A DNA stretch of 63,178 nucleotides, counting the filler. It is 8 parts of 8 records of this genome, joined end to end, with 100 filler letters (N's around TTAATTAATTAA, not from the genome) between each part and the next. Parts side by side here need not be neighbours in the genome. Positions count along the whole stretch, not along the records: positions 50,759 to 57,848 come from SRR31147125_75947; positions 57,949 to 63,178 come from SRR31147125_76173; 6 more parts are not named here. One strand, given 5' to 3'. The notes under the pieces are model-generated. The model searched no databases and was not told the origin of the DNA. It saw only the letters and a list, made by a program, of their open reading frames with translations. This document shows, piece after piece, positions 50,787-61,073 of the stretch (its first letter is position 1; the number at the start of each line of letters is the position of its first letter). The translations under genes and the position numbers were made by a program.

Positions 50787-52343
50787 ATGGCTACACACGA
50801 AACTCTGATAGTACTTGATTTCGGTTCACAATATACCCAGCTTATAGCAAGACGCATTCGTGAAATGAATGTTTATTGCGAGATTCTTCCTTGTACAATC
50901 GATATTGGCGAAATTAAAAAGCGCGATCCGAAGGCTTTGATATTATCGGGTGGCCCTGCGTCCTTGACTGACCCCGATGCTCCTAATGCCCCTGATGGAT
51001 TATGGAATCTCGATATTCCGATGCTCGGAATCTGCTATGGAATGCAGATAATGGCGCGTGATCTCGGTGGAAAAATTGCAAATGCAACTACCAGAGAATA
51101 TGGCCATGCAACTATAGATATAGTGGAAAAAAGCGAGTTTTTGAAAAACGTCGGTTCAAATAATGATGACAAGCTTAAAACCGATGTATGGATGAGCCAT
51201 GGCGACAGAGTCAAAAACATGCCGGAAGGCTTCAAGGTTATAGCAACTACAGAGAGTTGCCCTGTTTGCGCTATGGAAAAAAACAATCAGTATTTCGGTG
51301 TTCAATTCCATCCGGAAGTCAGTCACACTCCCGAAGGCAAAACGATTCTGGCCAATTTCATCAATGATATCTGTGGTTTTACCGGTGACTGGACATCGGA
51401 AAGCTTTATCGATGAGACTATTGTCCGTTTGCGAGAACAAATCGGTGACGGAAAAGTTATTCTCGGATTATCCGGTGGTGTAGATTCTTCTGTTGCTGCT
51501 GCTTTATTGCAAAAAGCCATCGGCAATCAATTGCACTGCATTCTGGTTGATAATGGACTTATGAGAAAAAACGAGGCAAAAGAAGTATTCGCGACTTTTA
51601 CAAGTCGCTTTGATATGAACCTGAAGCTTGTTGATGCTTCCGATGATTTTTTGAGTGAACTTAAAGGCGTTACCGATCCGGAAGAAAAACGCAAAATCAT
51701 TGGAAGAGTGTTTATCGAAGTATTTGAAAAAGAATCCAACCTTATTCAAAATGCAAGATTTCTGGGACAAGGTACAATCTATCCTGATGTGATCGAATCA
51801 GTATCTTTCAAAGGTCCATCGGCAACCATCAAAAGCCATCATAATGTCGGTGGCTTACCTGAGCGCATGAATCTGGAACTCGTGGAACCACTTCGTGAAC
51901 TTTTCAAAGACGAAGTAAGGCGCATTGGTTATGCTTTGGAATTGCCAAAATCGCTGGTTGGTCGCCATCCTTTCCCAGGACCCGGACTTGCTGTCAGAGT
52001 TTTGGGCGAAGTTACCCAAAAAAGGTGCGATTTGCTGCGTGAAGCAGACGCTATTTTCATTGAGGAAATAGAAAAGGCCGGTTGGTACGATAATATTGCC
52101 CAGGCATTTTCAGTCCTTTTACCGGTTAAAGCGGTAGGCGTTATGGGCGATGAAAGAACTCACGAGAATGTTTTGGCTCTAAGAGCGGTAAACACAACAG
52201 ATTTCATGACAGCCGACTGGACAAGACTGCCTTATGACCTTTTGGCGGACATTTCCAACAGAATTATCAATAATGTACGTGGTATAAACCGGGTTACATA
52301 CGACATTTCCAGCAAACCTCCTGCAACAATCGAGTGGGAATAA
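50787..52343 (+). CDS. guaA: GMP synthase (glutamine-hydrolysing)
   Basis: Motifs [39 protein letters not shown] and KPPATIEWE. Confidence 0.99.
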   Translation: MATHETLIVLDFGSQYTQLIARRIREMNVYCEILPCTIDIGEIKKRDPKALILSGGPASLTDPDAPNAPDGLWNLDIPMLGICYGMQIMARDLGGKIANATTREYGHATIDIVEKSEFLKNVGSNNDDKLKTDVWMSHGDRVKNMPEGFKVIATTESCPVCAMEKNNQYFGVQFHPEVSHTPEGKTILANFINDICGFTGDWTSESFIDETIVRLREQIGDGKVILGLSGGVDSSVAAALLQKAIGNQLHCILVDNGLMRKNEAKEVFATFTSRFDMNLKLVDASDDFLSELKGVTDPEEKRKIIGRVFIEVFEKESNLIQNARFLGQGTIYPDVIESVSFKGPSATIKSHHNVGGLPERMNLELVEPLRELFKDEVRRIGYALELPKSLVGRHPFPGPGLAVRVLGEVTQKRCDLLREADAIFIEEIEKAGWYDNIAQAFSVLLPVKAVGVMGDERTHENVLALRAVNTTDFMTADWTRLPYDLLADISNRIINNVRGINRVTYDISSKPPATIEWE

Positions 52344-52822
52344 GGGGAAATAGGCATTATTTTCGATATTATATCATTATCCGATAATAATATTTTCTTC
52401 CATAACTGCATGATATTAGTCATGTTTTTGTGTTTTTTCCTTTAAATTTCAAGAAAGTTTACAAAGCCAGTTGAATTTGGGGAAAACTCGCGCGTCTAAT
52501 CGTTTGTAAGATGAATTGAAAGGCTTGAATAAGTACCAATTATCAAGTATTATATTGATATCTGGTTGATATTACTGATCTTTTTCTTTTTAATGATATG
52601 TTTGTACCATATCGGGAGCATTTCGACATGCATGATTGCATTGCCACAAAACGGTGTGTATGGCTTGCATTAAAAGTGAAAGCTCTTGACATAAACAATG
52701 TATAATGGTACGAAATACTGTACATATTGTAAATAAAATGGGTAGTTTTAATGTTTATTTTCGCAAAAAAGCGTAAGAAATCCGACTGCCGCTTTCGAGC
52801 GGAGAAAGGAGGGAGGCGAATC

Positions 52823-53743
52823 ATGAGAGATCCCAGAAAATGGGGCGCAGCAATCCTTATTGCTGTTTTGGTGATGGTTACCCAACTGGCATTTGCCCAG
52901 GATGTCACCGAAAACGTAGGAAAAACGAAGGTTAACTGGACTAAAAAGGAAATGGTGTTCACAGGTGACGGAGCCGTCAACCTGAACGCTCCCAATGCTG
53001 CTTCGGCAAGATTGGGCGCAGAAAGAGCAGCCAAACTTTCAGCACTGAGAAACGCTCTTGAAGCCATTAAAGGTATCAAGATCAAAGCTGGTGAAACCGT
53101 TGGTCAGAAAATGCAGGCCAAGGATTCTATCAGAACTTCAGTCGAAGGTGTAATCAAAGGATTTATCGAAGGTGAAGTACGTTACTATTCCGATGGTGGT
53201 GTACAAAGAGACCTTATCATTCCTTTGGATGGCGTACTTTCAAAAGCCATTTTGGGAGATGAAGTCAAAGCAGCTCCTGCTCCGGTTAAAAAAGCTGAAG
53301 AACCCAAAAAGGTTGAAGAACCTGCAAAAGCAGTTGCAGCAGCTCCTGCTCCTGAACCAGCCAAAAAAGAAGAACCTAAAAAGGAAGAGCCCAAAAAAGC
53401 GGAACCAGCTAAAAAGACAACAGGTCTTGTGGTTATCGCCAAAGGTTTCAAGGTTATTCCCGTATTGGCTCCCAAGATCATCGACGAAGACGGTAAGGAC
53501 GTATACGACGTAACTATGGTCAGCGATGCAGATCTTGACAACGGTATTGCAAGCTACATCAAAGATGGTGATTTGGCAAAAGCAGACAAAAAAGTCGCCA
53601 GCACACCACTGGTCGTCAAAGCACTGAAATCACCAAATGCAGTTGACCTCGTTGTATCAAATGCAGACGCGGAAAAAATTCGCACGATGGCAAAGAACTC
53701 GCCGATGTTGGCAGAGGGACGTGTCATTGTTGTTAAAGACTAG
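52823..53743 (+). CDS. Secreted LPP20/FlgP-like protein with a Pro/Ala/Lys/Glu linker
   Basis: Signal peptide AFA-Q, VNW..TGDG, AERAAKLSALRNALEAIKG, TGLVV.AKG and PKIIDEDG. RBS GGAGG. Confidence 0.7.
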   Translation: MRDPRKWGAAILIAVLVMVTQLAFAQDVTENVGKTKVNWTKKEMVFTGDGAVNLNAPNAASARLGAERAAKLSALRNALEAIKGIKIKAGETVGQKMQAKDSIRTSVEGVIKGFIEGEVRYYSDGGVQRDLIIPLDGVLSKAILGDEVKAAPAPVKKAEEPKKVEEPAKAVAAAPAPEPAKKEEPKKEEPKKAEPAKKTTGLVVIAKGFKVIPVLAPKIIDEDGKDVYDVTMVSDADLDNGIASYIKDGDLAKADKKVASTPLVVKALKSPNAVDLVVSNADAEKIRTMAKNSPMLAEGRVIVVKD

Positions 53744-53770
53744 AAACTGGAAGTACGAAGGAGAAGATAG

Positions 53771-54952
53771 ATGAAAAAGACAGCGATGATCGCTCTGGTA
53801 ACGGTCTTGCTCGTATTTTTGGCAAACGCCGCGTTTGCGACTGATGCCAAGACAGTTACCGTAAAAGGTGAAGGAGTAATTTTCCAGAAGGATCGTGCTA
53901 CCGCCAAAGAAAAAGCCGTCGATCAGGCTTTGCGTACAGCGGTAGAGCAAGTTGTAGGTACTTATGTTACCTCATCCACTCTGGTTGAAAACTACGTAAC
54001 CGTTGATGACAAAATTTTGAGTCAGTCCAAAGGTTTTGTAAAAAGCTGGAAGGAAGTTTCCTCAAAAGTCGAAGACGGTGTAGTTATTGTCGAAATCGAA
54101 GCCACTGTTGCTGCGGCTAAACTTAAAGGTTCATTGGACGAGATTAAATGGGTCATGGCCAAGAAAAGCTATCCCCGTGTAATGTTCCTCGTTGCCGAGC
54201 AAAACATCGGACAATCGAGTTTTTCATACTGGTGGGGCAACACAAGCAGTGCTGTCAGCATGAGCCAGGTTGAAAATACTCTTATCGATGAACTCGGTTC
54301 AACCGGATTTACCTTTGTCGATCCGTCAGTATTGGCAGGCAAAATCAAAATGAAAGATGCCTACAAAGTAACGAGTGCCGGTGTATCAAATGACGCTGCT
54401 CGTGAAATCGCTAATTTGACAGACGCTCAGGTAGTCGTTGTAGGTACAGCAGTTGCCACAAACGCCGGTCCTGTTATGGAAGGCTCCAAGCTCAATTCCG
54501 GACAGGCTGATTTTACCGCTCGCGCAATCAACACTGATAATGGCGAGATTCTTTTGACAGCAAGTGTACACGCTGCCGAGGCTCATATTTCACCGACTAC
54601 AGCCGGTAACAAAGCCTTGCAGAAAGCTGCCAAGAAATTCGGTAAAGCAATGATGACCAAGCTGGTTGACAAATGGATGTCTTCCACATCAACAGTCACT
54701 TTGGAAATTTCCGGTCTTGCAAGCTACATGATGCTTGATAACTTCAAACAGGTTTTGTCAAACCAGATCGGTGGAGTTAAAGGCGTTAACGAGCGCAGGA
54801 TGAAAAAAGACAAAGCTCAGTTGGATATTTTCCTTGACGGCAAAACATCAATGCTCGCCAAAGAACTGACTTTGAAGAAATTCAAGGGATTCAGGGTACA
54901 GGTTGACGAAGTTACACCTAATCGCCTTGTATTGACACTGAAAAAGATGTAG
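53771..54952 (+). CDS. FlgT N-terminal-domain protein with a TolB_N/CsgG-like middle domain
   Basis: Signal peptide, VTVKGEG..AKEKAVDQALRTAVEQVVG.YV.S.T.V, PRVMFLVAEQN, AQVVVVG and RAINTDNGEIL. Confidence 0.7.
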   Translation: MKKTAMIALVTVLLVFLANAAFATDAKTVTVKGEGVIFQKDRATAKEKAVDQALRTAVEQVVGTYVTSSTLVENYVTVDDKILSQSKGFVKSWKEVSSKVEDGVVIVEIEATVAAAKLKGSLDEIKWVMAKKSYPRVMFLVAEQNIGQSSFSYWWGNTSSAVSMSQVENTLIDELGSTGFTFVDPSVLAGKIKMKDAYKVTSAGVSNDAAREIANLTDAQVVVVGTAVATNAGPVMEGSKLNSGQADFTARAINTDNGEILLTASVHAAEAHISPTTAGNKALQKAAKKFGKAMMTKLVDKWMSSTSTVTLEISGLASYMMLDNFKQVLSNQIGGVKGVNERRMKKDKAQLDIFLDGKTSMLAKELTLKKFKGFRVQVDEVTPNRLVLTLKKM

Positions 54953-55017
54953 TTGATTGTCGGATTGTTATCCGGCAAAAATCGCCAACTTAAAGGAATC
55001 AGAAAGGACGCTTGGAT

Positions 55018-55797
55018 ATGATAAAGCGAACTTTTCCAAAATTTAAAATGCTTCTCGTACTTGTCGCTGTGGCAGCTCTGGCACTCACAGCCATCGGCAG
55101 CCTTTCTGCCAAAGAGGCGAATACAGCGAAGGTTACCTTTTTAAAGGGTAAAGTAGAAGCGAGAAAAGGAGCCACCGGTGAGTGGCAACCAATCGCCAAA
55201 GGTTCGGAACTTGGTGCTAAGTATGTCGTCAAGACTGGCAAGGACTCACGTCTTGAATTGAAACTTCCTGACGGATCTGTCCTTAGAATTTCTGCCAAAG
55301 CCAAAGTAAGGCTAAAAAAGCCTGATCGGCAAAAAGAAGAAAAAGGCGGAAAGACGGACTTTAAGGTTACAACCGGAAAAATCTGGGCCAATGTTTCCAA
55401 GGCTATCGGTGGTGAAAAGAAATTTGAAGTCAGCACCAATAACGCCGTCGCCGGTGTTCGCGGAACTATCTTCCGTGTAAGTGCTACCGAAACCGCCACT
55501 GTCGTTAATGTCTATGCCGGATCGGTTGCAGTTTCCAATGCTCCGATCATGGAAAAGAAAATCGACAAAAAAGCAGGTCGTACTCAGGTTGCTGGACCCA
55601 AACAGGTTTCCAAAAAGCAATTCGAGCAGATCATTGCCAAAGAGATGCAGCGCATTGTCGTTGATGCTCGTGGCCGTTTGTCGATGACAGACTTTACCAA
55701 AGCCTCCGAAAAAGAGGACGATTGGGTACAGTGGAACGAAGAGCGCGACAAGCTCGCTTTGGTTCCGATCCCCAAAGAGGATCTACCGAAGAAATAA
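55018..55797 (+). CDS. Secreted FecR-domain protein
   Basis: Motifs KTGKDSRLELKLPDGSVLRI, GKIW, NAVAGVRGT.F and V.VY.GSV.V. Confidence 0.85.
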   Translation: MIKRTFPKFKMLLVLVAVAALALTAIGSLSAKEANTAKVTFLKGKVEARKGATGEWQPIAKGSELGAKYVVKTGKDSRLELKLPDGSVLRISAKAKVRLKKPDRQKEEKGGKTDFKVTTGKIWANVSKAIGGEKKFEVSTNNAVAGVRGTIFRVSATETATVVNVYAGSVAVSNAPIMEKKIDKKAGRTQVAGPKQVSKKQFEQIIAKEMQRIVVDARGRLSMTDFTKASEKEDDWVQWNEERDKLALVPIPKEDLPKK

Positions 55798-55815
55798 GTT
55801 TTCGCAAAATCGACT

Positions 55816-55847
55816 AAAGGCGATCCTAACCAGGGGTCGCCTTTTTT
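55816..55847 (+). terminator. Rho-independent terminator
   Basis: AAAGGCGATCC-loop-GGGTCGCCTTTTTT. Confidence 0.85.
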
Positions 55848-55916
55848 GTTTGACACTTGGTGCATGAAACAATATCTATAACTATCGGAACCAAAACACA
55901 AAAATAGAGGATAGCC

Positions 55917-57050
55917 ATGACAAAACTATATCTTTTCCTGATATTTTTAAGCCTCGCGTTCATTTCATGCGGCGAAGACACATTTGTTCCATCAGACGGA
56001 GACGGTGATACTGACGGACCAATAAATCTCTATCCTGGTGCTGATGGTGACACCGACTCAAAAAACGGTGAAAATTCGGACACTGAGCAACAGGAAACCA
56101 TCACAAGCAATGGAACTCTTAAAGAAACAAGAATGCTGGAAGTCGAAAATTGCAGCGATAACCCTGTAGAAATATTGCATGTTTGGAATTACGACAATGA
56201 AGGATACATGGTTTCCTACAAAGTGGATACCAACGGCGATGAATTGTTCGATAAAAATTGCATGAAATACGGCTATGACAAGCATGGCAATATGACAAGT
56301 CAGGTGCTTGATGATAATTGTGATGGCAAACAACTGACTTGTACGAACTGGAAGTATGATGAAAACAACCGGTTATTGAATTATAAGCATGATGTTAGCT
56401 GTGATGATGTAAGCGCAATAGATTTGACATCTACATACGACACTAATGGAAACCTGATTTCCGAATGCTCAAAGCCAAAGGAAGGAAAACTGGATGGAGA
56501 GTGCAAAACATCCTTTTCTTGCACAGAATATACATATGATGAAAGCGGCTACAAATTATCGAGCAGGTATGTAAAGACCTGTGATAACTCTAAAGAAGAA
56601 AGCAAATGCTATAATTACAAAAATTCGGAAAACGGTAAGCTGCTTGAAGAAAGATACGATTATGATTGTAGCGGCGAAATTTATGAATGCATTGTGTATA
56701 AATACGATTTTGAAGAAAATGTAAAAATCAGAACTCGGCATGATGGAGATTGTGATGATACCAGCAAAAGCTGCTATTCATATGAATACGATAAAGATAA
56801 CAAAGTTACCAGAGAAGGAAATGATAATGATTGCGATATCACACCGGATGAAAGATGCACTGTGTTTCAATACGATGAAAAAGGACAACTGGTTACATCT
56901 GCGATAAATGGAAAATGTAACGGAAAAGCTACCAGTTTTTGCAAATCGGCAACATATAACGACAATGGAAGTAAGCTTACAGAAACCATGGATAAAGAAT
57001 GTGATGGCAAACCGGACACTTGTATAAGCTATGAGTATGATTATCGTTAG
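55917..57050 (+). CDS. Cysteine-rich YD-like repeat lipoprotein
   Basis: Lipobox AFISC, a DGD-rich linker, then about 11 repeats of roughly 28 aa with consensus C-x3-YD-x2-G-x8-D-x2-C-DG. Confidence 0.75.
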   Translation: MTKLYLFLIFLSLAFISCGEDTFVPSDGDGDTDGPINLYPGADGDTDSKNGENSDTEQQETITSNGTLKETRMLEVENCSDNPVEILHVWNYDNEGYMVSYKVDTNGDELFDKNCMKYGYDKHGNMTSQVLDDNCDGKQLTCTNWKYDENNRLLNYKHDVSCDDVSAIDLTSTYDTNGNLISECSKPKEGKLDGECKTSFSCTEYTYDESGYKLSSRYVKTCDNSKEESKCYNYKNSENGKLLEERYDYDCSGEIYECIVYKYDFEENVKIRTRHDGDCDDTSKSCYSYEYDKDNKVTREGNDNDCDITPDERCTVFQYDEKGQLVTSAINGKCNGKATSFCKSATYNDNGSKLTETMDKECDGKPDTCISYEYDYR

Positions 57051-57071
57051 AGATGATTTTTTTGCAACCTC

Positions 57072-57131
57072 GGCGATCCATTTCGGATCGCCTTTTTTTT
57101 GTTTGACCATAATATCTTTAAAAGATATAGT
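57072..57131 (+). terminator. Rho-independent terminator running into a sigma70 promoter
   Basis: GGCGATCC-atttc-GGATCGCC-T8, then TTGACC (57103)-17 bp-TATAGT (57126). Confidence 0.8.
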
Positions 57132-57165
57132 CCTAATAATAATAGTAGAATATTAAGGTAAAAAG

Positions 57166-57848
57166 ATGAAGCTTCTGATTAAGATGATATTTTTAGGTTT
57201 CCTGTTTAGTATTGTTTTGGCGTGCTCCGATGGAACCAGTGAGCAACTTGCGAAAAGGCCAATCAGGAAAGTGATAGAAAAATCAAGCAACGGCTGCGAT
57301 CATGAATATAATGGATGTTCTATAAAAACTTATGATGAGAATGGAAATCGATTATCTATGGTTCGTGACTCTGAATGTGTAGGTGCCAAAGAAAGATGCT
57401 GGGAAAGCAGATATAACGAGGATGGAAATATTTTGTATACATTTTTCGATGATAACTGCGATGGAACCAAAGATGATGATTGCGAAGAATATACTTATGG
57501 CGAATCTGGAAAACTGGTTGCGAAAAAGGAAGGTTGTGCTGGAGATCAGTGGATTAATTGCTACAAGTATTTCTATGATTCCAATGACCATGTTACGGAA
57601 ATCAGAACGGACAGTGGTTGTAATGGTGTCAATTCTTTCTGTGAACGATTTTCATATGATGCAAGAGGAAACCTGACCCGAAGAATTGGACACAATGGTT
57701 GCACAGCAAATCGTGGTTTCGGTTGCATTTACTATACATACGATAAAAATGACAACCTCCTTACAAAAAGAGAGGACAATTATTGCAAAGCTGTCGGTGG
57801 TACATTGTGCGAAACATCTGGTTCAAGTCCCATTTCCGGGGAATGCCG
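57166..57848 (+). CDS. Second cysteine-rich YD-like repeat lipoprotein (3' partial)
   Basis: Lipobox IVLAC; repeats such as CSIKTYDENGN..DSECVG, CEEYTYGESG and CIYYTYDKNDN..DNYC. Confidence 0.75.
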
Positions 57849-57948
57849 NNNNNNNNNNNNNNNNNNNNNNNNNNNNNNNNNNNNNNNNNNNNTTAATTAA
57901 TTAANNNNNNNNNNNNNNNNNNNNNNNNNNNNNNNNNNNNNNNNNNNN

Positions 57949-58208
57949 CATGCTTCAGCTTGGCGACAATTGCAAACAGATAAAACCGGCTTTAGCCTTT
58001 AAGAAAATTAATGGCTAAAGCCTTTTTTATTGCTTGTTCTTAAACACCGGGCTAAAGCCACGGTGCAAAAATGACTAGCTCCGGTATTTATGCCAGAGAA
58101 CCAAAGTCCACCCTGTCATTCCGGGCTTCAGCCCATAAGCAGTTATTAAGGACTAAAGTCCATCTTAACTCAGCTACTTTTTCACGGGCATAAATACCCG
58201 TGTTAGTC
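57949..58208. repeat. Cluster of REP-like palindromes arranged as inverted doublets (REPIN/BIME-like)
   Basis: Units GGCTTTAGCC, GGCTAAAGCC (x2), GGGCTTCAGCCC and GGACTAAAGTCC. GACTAGCTCCGGTATTTATGCC (58073) pairs imperfectly with GGCATAAATACCCGTGTTAGTC (ending 58208). Confidence 0.7.
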
Positions 58209-58382
58209 AAGAGAAGAATTTTCGGACAACGACTAACCACAGTGCAAAAACTTCGTGAGACTTAGTGCTCTTAGTGCCTTCGTGGCAAAAAAACATCACA
58301 AAAAATACAAACACTTTTATAACAATTTTTTCCGATTCAAATTTCTTCTAACTACATTTGGATTCCAACAAAACTGAACTCA

Positions 58383-59423
58383 ATGAAAGCCGTTTACTAC
58401 AAAGAATTCCAGGGAAATGTTGAAATAAGAGAAGTTCCCAATCCGACTGTTTCGCCCGATAGTGTAATTGTTAAGGTAGAAGCTACCGGACTTTGCCGCA
58501 GCGACTGGTATGGCTGGATGGGGCACGACCCGGATATTGTTTTGCCGCATGTTCCGGGGCATGAACTGGCAGGAGTTATTTCTGAGGTAGGGAAGGAAAT
58601 AAAAAACTTTAATGTTGGCGATCGTGTAACGGTTCCTTTTGTTAGCGGATGCGGTTGTTGTCCCGAATGCAACTCCGGTAATCATCAGGTTTGCGACCAC
58701 CAGTTTCAACCCGGATTTACAGCTTGGGGCTCGTTTGCCGAGTTTGTGGAGATAAAATATGCCGATTTTAATTTGGTGCATTTGCCCGACGAAATAGACT
58801 TTGTAACCGCTGCCAGTTTGGGCTGCCGGTTTATAACTTCTTTCCGTGCGGTTATCGACCAGGGAAAAGTGGCTGCCGGACAATGGGTAGCTGTGCATGG
58901 TTGTGGTGGAGTAGGGCTTTCTGCCATAAATATTGGTGCCGGTGCAGGAGCCAATGTTATTGCGGTTGACATTGACGATGAGAAATTGCAACTGGCAAAA
59001 AAACTCGGAGCAAATATTCTTATTAATGCCCGAAATGTGGAAAATATTCCTTCTGAAATAGTAAAAGTTACCGGGCGTGGTGCCCATCTTTCAATCGATG
59101 CTCTGGGAAGCCAGGAAACGTGTTTTAATTCAATTTCGTGCTTACGCAAACACGGAAAACATGTACAGGTGGGGCTAACCATTGCCGACCATAAACACCC
59201 CAAAGTGCCAATGGATAAAGTGGTTGCCCACGAAATTGAAATTTTAGGTAGTCATGGTATGCAAGCTTTTCGTTACGATGCTGTTTTTGAAATGATAAAA
59301 ACCGGAAAAGTACAGCCCGGATTAATGCTTGGAAAAACCATTTCGCTCGAAGAAGCTCCAAAGGCCCTCAGGAATATGAATAAATTTGAAAACCTTGGAG
59401 TTACTGTAATAATTTTTGATTAA
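58383..59423 (+). CDS. Zinc-dependent alcohol dehydrogenase (MDR family)
   Basis: Motifs GLCRSD, GHE, CGCCPEC..C and GCGGVG. Confidence 0.95.
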   Translation: MKAVYYKEFQGNVEIREVPNPTVSPDSVIVKVEATGLCRSDWYGWMGHDPDIVLPHVPGHELAGVISEVGKEIKNFNVGDRVTVPFVSGCGCCPECNSGNHQVCDHQFQPGFTAWGSFAEFVEIKYADFNLVHLPDEIDFVTAASLGCRFITSFRAVIDQGKVAAGQWVAVHGCGGVGLSAINIGAGAGANVIAVDIDDEKLQLAKKLGANILINARNVENIPSEIVKVTGRGAHLSIDALGSQETCFNSISCLRKHGKHVQVGLTIADHKHPKVPMDKVVAHEIEILGSHGMQAFRYDAVFEMIKTGKVQPGLMLGKTISLEEAPKALRNMNKFENLGVTVIIFD

Positions 59424-60892
59424 TCTTCTGTTTCAATAGATTCAGATTCCTTTTCTTCCCCCTTTACAAATCGCCTTATTTTTATATTCAAATAGGCAAA
59501 CATAATAGTCATTAGCGGGCTAATAATATTAAAAAAGGCGTATGGCGCATAAGCCATCGTATCAACACCTAAAACCTTCGATTGCGTTGCTCCACACGTA
59601 TTCCACGGAATTAGTACCGAAGTCATAGTTCCACTGTCTTCAAGTGTTCTACTTAAAACTTCGGGTTTTAATCCTTTTTCTTCGTATGTTTTTCTGTACA
59701 TCCTTCCGGGTACTACCAGTGCAAGGTATTGGTCGGATGCAGTGGTGTTGAAGAATATACAGGTTCCAACTGTGGATAATACCAAATTTCCGGTGCTTTG
59801 GGCATATTTTACAATAGGTTGCGTAATACGTTTCAGTAATCCGGCCGATTCCATAATGCCGCCAAAAACCATTGCCGAAAGAATTAACCAAACGGTATTA
59901 AGCATCCCTTTCATTCCCGAGGTACTTAGCAGGTCGTTTACATTTGGGTCGGGAGTAGTTAAACTTACATCGCCAAACATTGCCTGCATAACCGTATAGT
60001 ACGAAGCAGTTGCGTAATTATCAATATCGCCGGCAATACTATTAATAATTTGTGGTTGAAAGATTACTGCAAAAATTCCACCCAGAATGGTTCCTGCAAA
60101 TAACGATGGTAGTGGCGGAACTTTTAGAATAATAATTGTGAGTAATGCAGCAGGCACCAGAAATAACAAAGGATTTGTATTAAAGCTTCCGTCAATAGCT
60201 GTTTTTACATTTTGAACATCAATAGTTGCAGCCGAAAAGTCGTAACGAAAACCAATTATCAGAAAAATTATAAGCGTAATAGTCATACTGGGTATGGTGG
60301 TAAAGGTCATGTACCGAATGTGTGTAAATAAATCGGTACCGGCCATGGCAGGAGCCAGGTTAGTCGTATCGCTTAACGGACTCATTTTATCGCCAAAATA
60401 TGCACCACTAATAATTGCACCGGCAACAATTGCTTCGTTAATCCCAATGGCCTGTCCAATTCCGAGCAGTGCCACTCCAATTGTTGCAATGGTCGACCAC
60501 GAACTTCCGGTGGCCACACTAACAATGGCACTTACAACAACCGCTGTAAACAAGAATAACTTCGGACTGATTATATCCAAACCATAGTAAATCATAGCAG
60601 GAACAACGCCACTAATCAGCCAGGTTCCGGCCAGCGAGCCAATCAAAAGAAGTATTAAAATAGAAGGCATGGCAGAACCAATGGTAGAAACAATTTTTTT
60701 ACTGATATTTTCCCATTTAAATCCTAAGCGATATGCAATAACCCCTGCAATTGCTGCTGCCAACATCAGTGCTATTTGGTTTGCACCCGATAAAGTATCT
60801 TCAAAAAGAAGTGTATTAAATGTTAATAGAATAATTAAAATGATAATTGGAAACAGTGCCAGTCCCAGGGAAACTTCTCGTTTTGATGTCAT
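59420..60892 (-). CDS. nhaC: NhaC-family Na+/H+ antiporter
   Basis: Motifs [34 protein letters not shown] and PWNTCG. Confidence 0.93.
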   Translation of the reverse strand: MTSKREVSLGLALFPIIILIILLTFNTLLFEDTLSGANQIALMLAAAIAGVIAYRLGFKWENISKKIVSTIGSAMPSILILLLIGSLAGTWLISGVVPAMIYYGLDIISPKLFLFTAVVVSAIVSVATGSSWSTIATIGVALLGIGQAIGINEAIVAGAIISGAYFGDKMSPLSDTTNLAPAMAGTDLFTHIRYMTFTTIPSMTITLIIFLIIGFRYDFSAATIDVQNVKTAIDGSFNTNPLLFLVPAALLTIIILKVPPLPSLFAGTILGGIFAVIFQPQIINSIAGDIDNYATASYYTVMQAMFGDVSLTTPDPNVNDLLSTSGMKGMLNTVWLILSAMVFGGIMESAGLLKRITQPIVKYAQSTGNLVLSTVGTCIFFNTTASDQYLALVVPGRMYRKTYEEKGLKPEVLSRTLEDSGTMTSVLIPWNTCGATQSKVLGVDTMAYAPYAFFNIISPLMTIMFAYLNIKIRRFVKGEEKESESIETED

Positions 60893-61073
60893 AATAGTGC
60901 TTAAAATTTCTAAGAAGCGGCAAAATAATACTTTTGCATTGAAATTTGTTATAAGAATGCAATCTTTTCTTTCAAATTGTTAAAAACGACATTCGACTCA
61001 AATTCATTAGGCATTTTACGGCATGTATACTTAATTGTTTATATTTTCGTTTGATTTATTTTAAGAGGAATTT

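Noticed and set aside
52332-52822. Genomic island integrated at the guaA 3' end (GAGTGGGA)
   Set aside because: No integrase follows and I saw no duplicated att sequence. Downstream genes look native.
53270-53420. Repetitive KKEEP/PAKK coding stretch as a VNTR or mobile repeat
   Set aside because: It is an imperfect low-complexity linker inside the LPP20-like protein.
55917-57848. RHS polymorphic toxin-immunity locus
   Set aside because: No RHS core or DPxG cleavage motif, no toxin tip and no immunity gene. The proteins are short lipoproteins.
11299-57948. Seven copies of N-flanked TTAATTAATTAA as a biological repeat or array
   Set aside because: They are fixed 100-nt artificial spacers. 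Functional links between genes across them were not inferred.
57949-58286. CRISPR array
   Set aside because: The units are short inverted palindromes without constant direct repeats or regular spacers, and there are no cas genes.
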